Shown here: one piece after another, positions 52,354 through 64,000 of the stretch
Numbering within the stretch: position 1 is the first letter of the stretch
Layout: each line of letters begins with the position of its first letter
From: Lingula anatina
Taxonomy: Eukaryota; Animalia; Brachiopoda
NCBI GenBank assembly: GCA_051362555.1
Contig: CM120640.1
Coordinates: forward strand, 45,114,788-45,178,787
Length of the DNA: 64,000 nucleotides
Direction: 5' to 3'
The notes under the pieces: generated by a model
The model's database searches: none
Seen by the model: only the letters and a program-made list of their open reading frames with translations
What the model was told of the DNA's origin: nothing
Made by a program: the position numbers and the translations under genes

Positions 52354-55300
52354 CAATGCCCGGTAACAAAGTTTTTGCAAATTACTTTCGATGAGAATGC
52401 AGTTTTGCCGTGTTTCGTCTAAAACATTTGACTGTGTTCTGTTACCGTATTCTCTTGCTAATAATGGATAAAAGTAAGTAAGATATTTTATTAATGGGTT
52501 AATATTACAAAAAAAATTAACTAAAATATGACGTGAGTTAAAAAATTAACGAAGGTCTTTCAATGATTTAAAAATCCGGCGACACCATGAAAGTAGCCTC
52601 AATCTATTTATTGAGTTATTTGAAATAACCATTTAAGACATTTTCTGAGACGTTGGACACAATACTCGCCTCCTGACAATTTGCAGATTTTCTACTTTAG
52701 TTAAAATGAAATGAATCGATTGGAGAATAAGAGACGGCGCTGCGTACAACAGCAACGAAGGTTTAAAATTTCCTCAAGTCTTAATGATTTTTGTGTGAGA
52801 ACAAAAAAATCTAGTTATTATTATTTTTATTTCTAAGTTGCTAGGCTAATGTTCGTTTATTTCCACATGGATAAAAGATTCTTCCCCTCGCTTACTTTTA
52901 AGGAATTTTTTAAAACGTTAAATGACGTCTATATTGAGAATGAGTGGGGACAAAACTCTGAGGAAATGATGGTACTGAGTTACCCAACCACTATCTTCCA
53001 TTCCTGGGGGGGGGGGGGGGGAGGAGTCACCTGACTGAACCAACATACCTGAGAGGTAATAGGTTGTAATACCTATCACAGCCCTCATTTCCCTAATTAA
53101 ACTTGACCATCAGCAGACGAAATATTGGCTGGCAAATCTCAGCCAATTTTCTAAAGCTATTGACAAAAGAAACTATTGTTTATTAGAAACACTTAACTAA
53201 TGAAACTGGTTGATGCCACACAGTGAAAAATGTAAAATTCACCAAAAATTGCATAACTTGAAGAAAAATGTTCCAATGAGGCTGCTGTTCGAACTTGACC
53301 TGTGTTTTAGTGCCATGAATCATTGCAGAGCTAAACGATTTCAAGCAAAGTTAGGTTGCCATAAAAGGTCGGCTGAGAGCAGCGTTAGCAGTCTACAGCA
53401 TTGTCACACTTGACGTAAAGTAACGATGGGCATATTATTATTATTATTACAAAGAATCGTATTATTAATGTTCTTATATAAGCGTCTGCGCCTGTGGTAT
53501 TTAATGACAGAAGCTATTGAAGAGGTATCAATACTTACAAAATATGTTTTTGTTTCCATATCTAAAAAAAAACACTTTTCGACTGCCCCACACATACAGT
53601 GCCCAAACTGTGTCGAACTGCCAAGCGAGTAAACAGCTCGTACTGCGATGAGCAACTTACAGTTTTTTCTAAATTATAACAGGTAGAGCTCGTTTAGGTT
53701 AGTCAGGTTGTGGCTAGGTCAAAATACATATAGATGATACAGAAATGCATGTCTTTATTGCAGAAAAATTACACGAGCGTCTTCCGCAATACATTTCAAT
53801 ATCCCCCCTGATACACTACCCTCTGATATCAGGGCTTCTAAAATAGTATAGAACATTAGTTTTGTAATAGACTACTAGCGCACCCTGTGGTCAGAGATCA
53901 ATGTTACACCACCCTCGCAAAACTCAACAGCAGAGGAAGGCTTATTTTTATTTATTCATTTATTTGTTTATTTATTTATGGGGGGGGGGGCAGAGCTAAT
54001 CATTTGTAAGCCTACCTCCTTATGCACTCACCTAGACGCTTGACTGAAGGGTAAGTAAGAAACATCCGATAGACATTTTATAATAACCCAAAAATTATTT
54101 TTCAAAACTTACCTTTTATAGATAATAATCGAATGGTGCATTTTTATGACGCTGTCTATGCTTAAGAATATTTAGATTAGCATTTTTAGTCTATTATTTA
54201 TACCAATTATTGAATAGTAAATCTATATAATTGGTAGAAAAAGTTATGGGAGGAACAAGACGGGCCGGGCCCTTTCTAAGTAACTGGTTACTAACATCGG
54301 TATCCCGGCAGAAGTTGAATAACGCTTTACTTTTACACCATTCTTTCTAAATACTCTGGGTCTATGAAGATAAGAGTTCGATGAAAATATCATTTTCACT
54401 TTGCATATGAAGCTTTGGTTTTGTATGAGTTCTAAAGGAGGAATTATGGACCATCAAACATCGACAAAAATTATTAAACCTTTACTCGAAAATAAGAGAT
54501 TCAGTGTACGTTATACAAGGTACATGTAGATGAAGGTCTTTGACCACTGTCTTTTTAGTGCAAAAGCCTGCTGTAAACCCCATAACTATCCTATTTTCTT
54601 TCTTTGTGAAATTCTTTCTTCCTCTTGGTTGAGCTTTCGCTTTATTTAACGTCTTCCAAATAGGGAAACTAATTTAATTGTAAAAAAGAAATATTTTGGT
54701 ATATGGACTCGCTTTAATGGATCTGTCGGCACGTGGGTATACCGGCATGTGAGTTTACCGGCACAATATGTAGCTAGTACTTGGATTTTTTGGAGACGGC
54801 GTATCAATTGGTACTTAAGGTTATAGACACGTAAAAGTATATGAGTAAAAACGTTTCTATAGTGACAAGTATCTATCAAGACGTTTTTGTATTAAGCTTA
54901 CCCAAGAGAAAATACCTATCTACAGTTCTCTTCTAACACAATGGGAGTATTTATTAATTCATCGACTGCATGATGCCTTCTGTTTCCTTGGGCGCTGCAT
55001 GATAGACGCAAGAAGGACGTTTAGGCATAGGCCTACTTAAACGTTTACCTCACAGCGCAGGCGAACAGGGGCCGTAGTCTCAAAACTTTGTAACTTACAA
55101 AAATTTGTAAATATTCACTAGAATTTGTCTATATCGGTGCAGATATGAGCTAACGGTTACTTTCCCCGCCTCCCCCCCCCCCCCTCTCCAACCCACTCTC
55201 CTCTGCCCTTGCATTTCCATTCTATCATGGTCATATCTATCGCAGCCATGCACTTTCCTGGAATTTTTACTCACAAACACAATAATGGGAAAACAGTAGT

Positions 55301-56748
55301 ATTTGAAATTCAGGGTAATATCAATGCACTAACGTTATTTAATTTTGAACGCTGTCAGTGATATATGTTGTATTGCAGTAAAGGTAACATGCAATTAAAC
55401 GAGCAAATGCATCGCCCCCTTTGATCTGGATCCTTATCATACTTACATCCGTTACCTATAACAGTTCTGTGCTCGTTTATTTAGGCGAGACTGTAAAACC
55501 TAAGTAAAACTAGTGCATTTTGTTATGGATTTAATGATCGAGCAACAAATGCGCTTATTGCATTTTTCACTCTATCTTTTGTGGAAATGTTTAATGTTTA
55601 TGCTAAATAAGTATGTTACAGTCGAATGACCAAGCTTTATTCTTTAACACGGGGCTTTCCTAGCAGTTTGACTATCGAAGCCAAAGCTCTTGAGTTCGTC
55701 TGCACCGGGATCTATTGTTTACTTAGTAGGTCTAATTAAAAATTAAGAAAAATATAAAATATTAATTGACAAAGAAGTTATAAACGGCATAATTTTAACT
55801 GCATATGTACAAATATGAATGTAATTTAAGAGGAATATGGTAAGGAAGTTTTCGAAAGTTAATTCATTTATTTCGTTTCGGACCAGTGATGCCACAATAC
55901 AAAGGAGAGGCGAATCGGCGATGTTCAATTACGCGGTGAAGCCAAGAACGCAGTGATTCAGGTCTGCACACATGTTATTAAATACCTGTCTTAACGAGAT
56001 ACAATCTGCATTAACAATGACTTCATGCTGAAGCTAATAATCACGCAAATGAATAAACATGCATTAAATACTTGGTCGCGGAACACTTAATCGCTCGCTT
56101 TCAAAGAGGGAAGTTCTGGAATCGTGAGAGGCGCTGTTTCTGGTTCATTCTGCACTTTGAATTCATGTCGAAGACTTGGTAGGTATAATTTGAACTATTC
56201 AGGATTGTAGATGATTTAAATGTTTCGTTGTTTTACTGAGGAATACTTCATCAATTTTACAACCAGAGTGTCCTTTTTTAAAAAGCACACCTGATTAACA
56301 CCGAATTATTTTGACTTCAAACCCGGCAAATCTTATATGTGTGTTTTTCAGATACTGAATCTTAATCATTTTTCTAAGATATCGTTTTAAAACAGTGTCC
56401 GAATTTAAACCGGTAAATACTTTTATGGACATTTATTCAGGCAAAAATATATTGTTAGTTGGAAGATACCCTGAAAGTGTTTGCACGCTAGCGTTATTTC
56501 ATGAGAAATCAACGCATAAAGTTCAGGGATGGGGCAAGATGAGGGTGGGCACAAAGACTTATTGACAGGATTGTGAGACTCTGCGGTCAACACTGTTTAT
56601 GGAGATTATTTAAACGAGGGGTTTGTAATATGTCCTCACGTTCCATCTCCCTCTAAGGCTGAGAATTATTTAACATGGCAGTTAGTAGTACCTATAGGTG
56701 AAAGTTTATACTGTATAATGTCAGATATTTCTTTTTTTTTTTTCAGAT

Positions 56749-58239
56749 ATGCATACAGTTGGGATGACTGTCACTCAACACTTGAGATGTTTGTTCTTTG
56801 TGCTTGCAGTCACTCATCTCTTTTCACCCGTCGTAGAATCTGCGACAAATTTAGAACTTTCTTCCATATTCCGAGTTTGTAATTCTTGGAAGTCATTCAG
56901 CAGGAGCTCACTGGACTGTTCCATGCGGAACTTGACGGACGTTCCGGCCAATACTGGACACATAATTAAACTAGACAAAATGGACTTGAGCCTAAATGAC
57001 CTAAAACAAGTTGGGTTGGAAGATTTTGTGAACATTGAGATGAAGCATTTAAATCTTTCTTATAATCAGATTGCAGTGGTATTTCAACGTCCTTTTAGGA
57101 GATTGCGAAAAACGCTGGAAGAGTTGAATTTGGACAGAAACGGATTCAAGTTTATTCCACTGGCTGTTGGTACCTTATGCAATATCAAACGCCTGTCGCT
57201 GTCATACAACTTTATCTCGGATATCTGGCTTGAGAACATAATGTGTGTGACAAAATCCATAGAAGAACTGGATTTGCGAGGAAATCAACTAACTTATCTT
57301 CCGTTATCAGTAAACTCTATGAAGAGGCTAACACGACTAGATTTGTCCGAAAATCGGATTTCTGGTGTAGACGGGCTGGACCGTTTGGTAAATTTAGAAT
57401 CTCTCAACCTCGCCAGTAACAAGTTACAATCTATTCCGCCTCAAATTAAAAAACTTTCCAAACTCAAAGAATTAAACCTTTTTGATAATCAAATCATGAA
57501 AATTCCGTCGGCTGCTTTTGCAGGAACACAACTTCAAATGCTGTATTTTGGTGGACAAAAAGTCGCATTTCTTTCCCGGAAGGCGCTTGCTTCTGTTCAA
57601 GAAAAATTGGAATACATCAATTTCAATTCTATGATGATAACAGAGTATCCGAAGATCATTACTAAGTGTAAAAAGCTGAAAACGTTAGAAATGGCAGATA
57701 ATGGACTGTCTAAACTTCCAAAACGAAGTTTTCATAGAAAGGCTCAAATGATAAAACTCAACTTGTCGAGAAACAGCTTTGAAGACGTTCCAAAAACAAT
57801 AAACCGTCTCTCCAACCTGCAAACTCTGGATCTGTCCTTCAACAAAATCATGGTATTAAAACCTGGGACTTTTTCAAAGCTGAAGAATCTTCGGAAGCTC
57901 GTTCTCAGCAATAATATGATACTGCAGTTTTCTTACACAGCATTCCCTGAGGCCTCGCTATCCACCATTCGCTTAGACTTGGACGTCCATGGCAATCTTC
58001 TCACTTCTCTAGATGTATGTTTTTTCAAAATGGACTATATGAAAATTCATCTGGGTAGCAATCCTTTGCACTGCGGCTGCTCCCTCTACGAATTGACAGT
58101 GAAAGGGACCGTCTCATTGGGGCAAGATTTTCTATGTATGTCTCCGCCAGCTTTACTAAATGTCACGTCGACGGACTTGATTTCATCTTTACGGGAGACT
58201 TGTAGTGCAGAAACAACCACCAAGACAGATTGTGACTGA
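56749..58239 (+). CDS. Secreted leucine-rich repeat protein, 496 aa, single coding exon
   Basis: Hydrophobic signal peptide (CLFFVLAVTHLFSPVVES), LRRNT-like cap (C...LDCSMRNLTDVP), about 15 LxxLxLxxNxL repeats, LRRCT (NPLHCGC...C.SP...C); no TM or TIR domain. A strong acceptor (T-run CAG) ends 2 nt before the ATG, implying a 5' UTR intron (candidate donor GTAGGT at 56179). Confidence 0.93.
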   Translation: MHTVGMTVTQHLRCLFFVLAVTHLFSPVVESATNLELSSIFRVCNSWKSFSRSSLDCSMRNLTDVPANTGHIIKLDKMDLSLNDLKQVGLEDFVNIEMKHLNLSYNQIAVVFQRPFRRLRKTLEELNLDRNGFKFIPLAVGTLCNIKRLSLSYNFISDIWLENIMCVTKSIEELDLRGNQLTYLPLSVNSMKRLTRLDLSENRISGVDGLDRLVNLESLNLASNKLQSIPPQIKKLSKLKELNLFDNQIMKIPSAAFAGTQLQMLYFGGQKVAFLSRKALASVQEKLEYINFNSMMITEYPKIITKCKKLKTLEMADNGLSKLPKRSFHRKAQMIKLNLSRNSFEDVPKTINRLSNLQTLDLSFNKIMVLKPGTFSKLKNLRKLVLSNNMILQFSYTAFPEASLSTIRLDLDVHGNLLTSLDVCFFKMDYMKIHLGSNPLHCGCSLYELTVKGTVSLGQDFLCMSPPALLNVTSTDLISSLRETCSAETTTKTDCD

Positions 58240-60078
58240 CAAAAAAATCTACGAAATGAAAAACAGTATTTTGTTGTTTGGACCAGTTAAGTAGCAACAT
58301 GTAGTTCTAAGTAAAACAAACCACAAAACAGCAGATGTGCATTTCGAATTATTCCGATATAAATGCCTTGAATTATATACGTTGTTAGAAAAAGTTTTGC
58401 GCAAAACAACACATAAGAGAGCTACACGTGTGCTTGAAACTCTGCTCAATACCCCAAGTTTCACGTTAAACCGAACATCTATTCCTATATTAAATACATT
58501 CTAATAGTAGAAAGGTTGGTTTCCAGTGAACTCGGAGACTTAGGGCGGTCCTTTAGTGCCTTGTCATAAAAATGATATTTTACTTCTAAAAAAAGTGCCC
58601 TATTGGAATAAACTTTTCTACAGACCCAGACTTCAGCGCATCGGGCTGTTATAAATATCCATTTGTTCATAGAGGCAGGAACTACGTGTATTTGCTCACA
58701 GTACTCCCATTGTTTGATTATTCATTATCGATAAAAGCTCAATGATTCACATCATGGTTATGTAACCTTAATGTAATTCGGTTATGTAACCTTAATGTAA
58801 TGTAATGTATTGGTTATGTAACCTTGTTTGTGTGAATTCCAATATTCCTTGTCCTGTAAACGGCAATAGTTTTCAATAAAATGTTCAGTAATCACATTTG
58901 TTCATTCTTTATAAAGTTTTAGCTGGTTTATGTGTACTCAGTTGAATTGCATTGCAACATATAAAAATTTTTCACCAATGCAAAAATAACTTAAACCCGG
59001 AACTCCGACTTCACAAAGTATATATTAACCCAGACTATGATAATGTCCTCCTATGCTATTGAAGCATGCCCGCCAAAAGTTGCACAGGTGAGCTATCAGC
59101 TCTACCTTGACCTATATAACGGTCACCTAATGTGAAGACTTCGGGTTAGACGAAATCCCTGTCCCAGACAGCCCAAAGTGTTATCGTATTGACATAAAGA
59201 AATCGCGTGGGAGAATAGGGCGGTAGAACAGTATGAGAATACCGGTCTACGTGATTAAGACCACAGACAATCAATGTTCGTCAGGCTTAACCGAGTTAAA
59301 GGGTGAGGTTTCAGTTTAGGTTTTGATTCTCATAGGCCTACTTATACTTAGCAGCTACCTTAAATTAAGAATGTAAAATCATATATTGCTATATTTAGTT
59401 CATGGGAATACTGGGGGTGCAATGTTTCTAATTTGAGACCGAAAGGCGCCGCTAAATGACTGCAGTTATTTAACATTCTGGGGTGCAGGAGGTCCTCTTT
59501 GTGGAATATCATTCGCACATTACGATACCACAACGAAGGCCTACATCAGCATGTTTGAACATAATCGTAAGTTATAGCTGTGCGACATTCACCGACCTTC
59601 ACATATTCTTTAGAGAACATTACTCGCTGTCAGTACTTCAATGGGACAACGAGTGCAGTCAATCCTTGAATGTTGATTTGTTGTTGTTAATGGTGGGGCA
59701 ATGAATTCGTTATACATGTTGTTATACAGTGCATTTATGTTAAGTTATTTAGTCTTTTAACATCTGTGTTTAATCTCCGTTCCCATGACATTCGCCATGA
59801 CATTATAGATAATAACTGTAAGAGGAGAGGGAGTCGATCAGTAGGTATACCATTTCCCGAAACACGTACCCACGATAGGGTACTATATTTAGCGTATTTA
59901 TTAAACTAATCAAACATCTCTAGAGGTTAATAATACAGCAACAATGTTAGTTTACCGAATCACCTCTTTGTTTGTTTGCCAGACTGAAGGAAAGTTAAAG
60001 CATAATGTTGCGTCTTATTTCAGGCTCAGGTACAACATATACCGTAGATGATTGTTTGCACATGTAGTGGCGTTAAAA

Positions 60079-62035
60079 ATGGCGAGTGACGTAAACAGTG
60101 AGGCGATTGAAGATGTAGGTCATCGTAATTATTTTCGTTTATAAATTTAAAATTGTTTTTAATTTTATCTTTCGTCTTTGGTTTAATCATCTTCGTGACT
60201 ACTAAATTGTGATGAATGGTTAATTTTATCTAAGCTTCGCACAAATGTAGGTCTACTTAAAACTTTTTTGGTCAATGCCCATGTATTTGCTTTTATACAA
60301 ATCTTTCTATTAATTATTAATGATTTTAAAATAAACATGGTTTTCTCCATATTTTCAGGAAGACAAACAACATGACAACAGGGACGAAGAAGGCGATGTA
60401 CAGGGTAAACTGACGTGGCCTCTAGAAGTTGATACAAATCTGGAGGAGGGCGTTCTCTGCTGGTCAAAATGTTTACCATGGGCAAATGTCAACAAACTGA
60501 GAAAGGCTGTCTTTTTGATCGGCTTGATCGAAAATATTATAATTGCCAATATTGTGTCGACGATCGTAAGTTACGTGGATGTAGGGCTTGATATTTATTT
60601 CATATACCACGTTTTATACTTAAGAGGTCACTTAACTTCACTGGCGCTTAGTGCTACAAGCGTCATCGGCTGTTGTTTGTTATCATCAATATTTTCGAAC
60701 ATTGTCATGACAAAGGAAAAACCGAAAAGAAAACGTGACATTTGTCGTTTGATTTTTTATTTTCTCTTGGATTTTCCACTGCCGTGGCTCAGAATAACGT
60801 TTCTATCAGCCAGGGAAATGGTGCGAAAATGGAAACTGTTTTGCCAAATTTGCGCGTCAGTGCCACCCGACATTTGCCCCTGTTGTTCAAGTTGTTGTTT
60901 ACCTGTCTCACAGAAAGCGGAGTCGTCTGCTGAATCGGAGAATTTAAACCCTAATGCTAGTCAGGTTGAGAAGATAACATACTGGAAGCACCGATGGAAG
61001 ACACTGCGCATGGAAGACCATCGATTATTACGTCTCGGTTTGATTGAAAGTCTTGTAGAAGCCATGCCTCAATTTATGATCAACATTTATGTTATGCTCA
61101 AGTTTGGAAACGTAGAAACATTCCAAATTGTGAACACGTCAGTTTCTTTTTTATCCTTGGTATGGGGTATAGTTTTACATCAGAAGTTAGTTAAAGAACA
61201 CTTATATACTTCACAAACGGGTAAATTGAAACCACCAAATGGTTTAGGTTTTCGACAAATGGCTCTAATATTTTTGTACAAAGCCCTCCTACTGGGTTCA
61301 CGATTTTTGGCCTTCGTTTACTTCAGTTGGGTATATCCACTCGTCAGTTTAGCTTTTATAATTCCCCATTACTTAATAATAGTTACTTATATGATTGCTA
61401 AACGTCACTGGGACGGTGTATTACTGAATAAAAATGACAAATGGATATTTGCTCAACGAATGCTAAAAATTCTTATAAACAGTCTGCTAAACATTTTCAT
61501 TTATTATCGCGAAACAGTCCCGCCAAATGTTCCTTTATATGGAGAACAAATAGCATACTACATACTTTATACTGTTGAAAATATAATGTTGATTACACTT
61601 CCAATGGGTAAAAACATGCATTTAACTGATCCAAATTATGTGTACATAGCATCTGCTTGTGCTATAGGTATGTTGTTAGGTTACTGCATAATGATATTTT
61701 ATTATGTTTGCGTTCACAAGTCGTCGGAGTACATTCGAAGGAGCTACTGTTGTTGTTGTTACCCCGAGACTGAACAAATACCCTGTTTAAACTACCACAC
61801 CAGAGCGGTGAAACACATTCACAAAGATCTCATTTCTCACGTGGGGCAGGAAGAATTTGAAGAAATATCCAAACTTTGGCCGTCACAAATATCAGGTATC
61901 AAATATCAAAGATGCCTTCAAGACGGGAAAAGTGTTCTCCTTACTCCAGGAAATAAAATGGAGATATATTATGTTCCTAATTCCTTTTTGGACAGAAAAT
62001 CATCCACTGTCAGTGTAAACACCACAGAAAAATAG
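60079..62035 (+). CDS. XK-related (Xkr/CED-8 family) multipass membrane protein, putative phospholipid scramblase, ~570 aa; exons join(60079-60114,60359-62035)
   Basis: Family motifs YVDVGLDIY, IESLVEAMPQFMINIY, SFLSLVWG, GSRFLAF, YYILYTVEN, MIFYY...H. The frame stays open upstream of the track start (60515) to the acceptor at 60359; upstream exon aaaaATGGCG...GAT|GTAGGT (MASDVNSEAIED) joins in phase 0. Confidence 0.9.
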
Positions 62036-62664
62036 CTGCAAGAGCAACAAAATGACCGACACCAAAGAATATGAATGTTTTGTGAATTTTATTATATACA
62101 TTATTATAAAAGTTTTATCAGATATTTTCTATAAAAGAGAAGTGTTTTACTGAGTATCTTGTTAATTTTAATTAAAAGGTTTGACTTTTGATATTTTGTT
62201 GTTTGATTTTTAACCTGAAAAGTGTTAATGTTAGCATCTTTGTGTGGTCAATCCAATTCTTTCTGTCACAGAACAATTCAAAAATAACATAACAGTTTAT
62301 GAAAATATAACAAAGCAGTTATTGATTGTGAAACTACTTTGATCAGAACTTGCTGTGTTACCAAAAGATACATGCTTATCAAATTGTACAAGTAATCTCC
62401 TAAAAGACAGTGACAGTGCTAGCATGTCTACAATCCATAAATTGGTTTCAGGGCAACCCGCTTGCCTAGAGGATGTCCTTTAAGGACACCCCACCCTGAA
62501 CTCCACATATTATCTGACTAGACCATTTTGAAGATTCCAAACCAATAAAATAATAATAATGTGCTTGAATTAAATCACAGCAGGTCAGAGTATTCAGTGT
62601 ACTGCTCCAACAATATTATGTTCTCCTTCCTTCATTATAGGATTTGATGTGTAGGATTTGATTT

Positions 62665-62836
62665 TTAAGAAATGTACCAATTCCACTTCCTCTGTGTTTC
62701 TTTCTCATCATCATCACTGTCCTCCTGGCCTGGCTGTGCCCTGGAGGGTGTGGGACCACTGGTCCACCCGGATGCAGTATTGCTGGACTTGGCACTGTCC
62801 ACTGCTTTCACAGCATTAACTTTTCTCCATATCCTC
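62665..62836 (-). CDS. Terminal coding exon of an unidentified gene extending beyond the right edge
   Basis: Acceptor ctctctttatacAG at 62837, phase-2 frame RIWRKVNAVKAVDSAKSSNTASGWTSGPTPSRAQPGQEDSDDDEKETQRKWNWYIS*; GC-richer than its flanks. Product not recognised. Confidence 0.65.
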
Positions 62837-63482
62837 CTGTATAAAGAGAGCAATGAACTTTAATTGTTAAAGAATTTTATAATTTAATGTCCATGTACAA
62901 TTTTGAAAGAAGACTTAAAGATATTAAGTAAATGAAAAAGCAAACATGTACGACAAAACAAAGGATTTGGAGTAGACAATTTATGTGGGGAAAAAATCAT
63001 ATTACCTCTGTTATAACATTGCAAATGAGATGCAACAACTGTATATTAACCATTTAAAAAATAAAACAACAGACAGAATCTTCCAAAGGGAGAAAAATGG
63101 CTATCCTAAGATGAAAGTTTGGTCTGTTTTATACATATGTTTAAATATTCTTCTTGATTCTTTGATGAAAAAAAACCAAGCAGAAGGCAATTAGGAAACT
63201 GGGGCAAAATAATCAGATACCCATCATTCTGTCCACAACACCCAGACCATTCCACTGTGTCACATACTGACATGCAGAAATGAATGTATAAATAAAAAAA
63301 TCAAACACAAGATTTTTCATTTGCAAGTAAATCATTACATGAAAATATATTCTGTAACCTCATGCATTGATATTTTATAGAAAGGTACACCAAAAGCAAC
63401 AACATAAGCAGTAAAGTGAATATGGCATGCAGAACCACCACATTTTATATCCTTGATCAGGGGGTAACAACATCAACAGTTA

Positions 63483-63682
63483 CAATGGCAGATCCAAGTG
63501 GCAGAAAAAATCTGAAATATCTCTCTTTCTGAGCTTGCCTTTTCCAGTAAAGTTTTTAATTCTCCAAATATGTACTAAGTCCAAAAATAGGACCAAAGTT
63601 AGGGGAATATTCTGCACAAAATCTGACCCTTTCTCAAACTGTTATTCTCTATCCTTTTCTGAAATACCTGGATCTGCCACTG
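63483..63682. mobile_element. ~200-bp hAT-like MITE
   Basis: TIRs caatggcagatcca / tggatctgccactg; no clear target duplication. Confidence 0.6.
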
Positions 63683-64000
63683 GCAAGCTCAAACATTATT
63701 TGTGTTTACCATCTAACAGGGTTCTAAGACTCCTACATTGGTGAATGCAGGGAAGAAAAGCAGTGTGAATATATTATAACAACACTGGAAATAATAAGTG
63801 AGTTGTGCATGCCATGTTATTGTTGAAATTATATATACTTAGTCAAACTTTAAAAATTTCTACATGTTCAAAATAGCTATATTCATTTATGAGGTATTAT
63901 AAAACTAAAGAGTTAGAAGAAAAAATCTGTAAGAACTCCCTTATTGTATGTGTTGTCAAGGAAAATACAGCATGCAGTACACAATGCAGAATAAAACGGT

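Noticed and set aside
60372-60413. ATG at 60372 as the XK start
   Set aside because: Out of frame and stops after 13 codons; the in-frame start is in the upstream exon at 60079.
63005-63037. 33-nt minus-strand micro-exon candidate for the right-hand gene
   Set aside because: It contains a stop in the frame needed to join the phase-2 terminal exon.
1-64000. tRNA, rRNA, known miRNA or Runt-domain exons
   Set aside because: None recognised by eye; tRNAscan-SE, Infernal and tBLASTn would be needed to exclude them.

Overview
AT-rich, intron-containing animal DNA, probably an invertebrate such as a lophotrochozoan (inferred from the repeat types); it is not prokaryotic, and most ORFs in the supplied track are spurious. 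Gene models read from the sequence: (1) eleven coding exons of SUPT3H (SAGA subunit Spt3) on + at 32770-39355, preceded by an intron of at least 32.7 kb; (2) a three-exon gene on - (48101-46340), largely missed by the ORF track, encoding an 84-aa secreted precursor made of a signal peptide, IFWRRRRRRRRR and a strongly acidic tail, an antimicrobial-peptide-like architecture, lying between two copies of a Helentron-like repeat; (3) a secreted LRR-only protein (56749-58239, +); (4) an XK-related membrane protein (60079-62035, +); (5) the last coding exon of an unidentified - strand gene (62836-62665). Inside the large SUPT3H intron is an antisense TATA promoter with Runx sites and a short phase-1 coding exon (MAAFPLLMHLWSR) resembling a distal Runx first exon. 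The rest is MITEs, Helentron-like elements, a LINE remnant, a Penelope-type hammerhead-like motif and microsatellites. All calls are by eye; no database searches were run.
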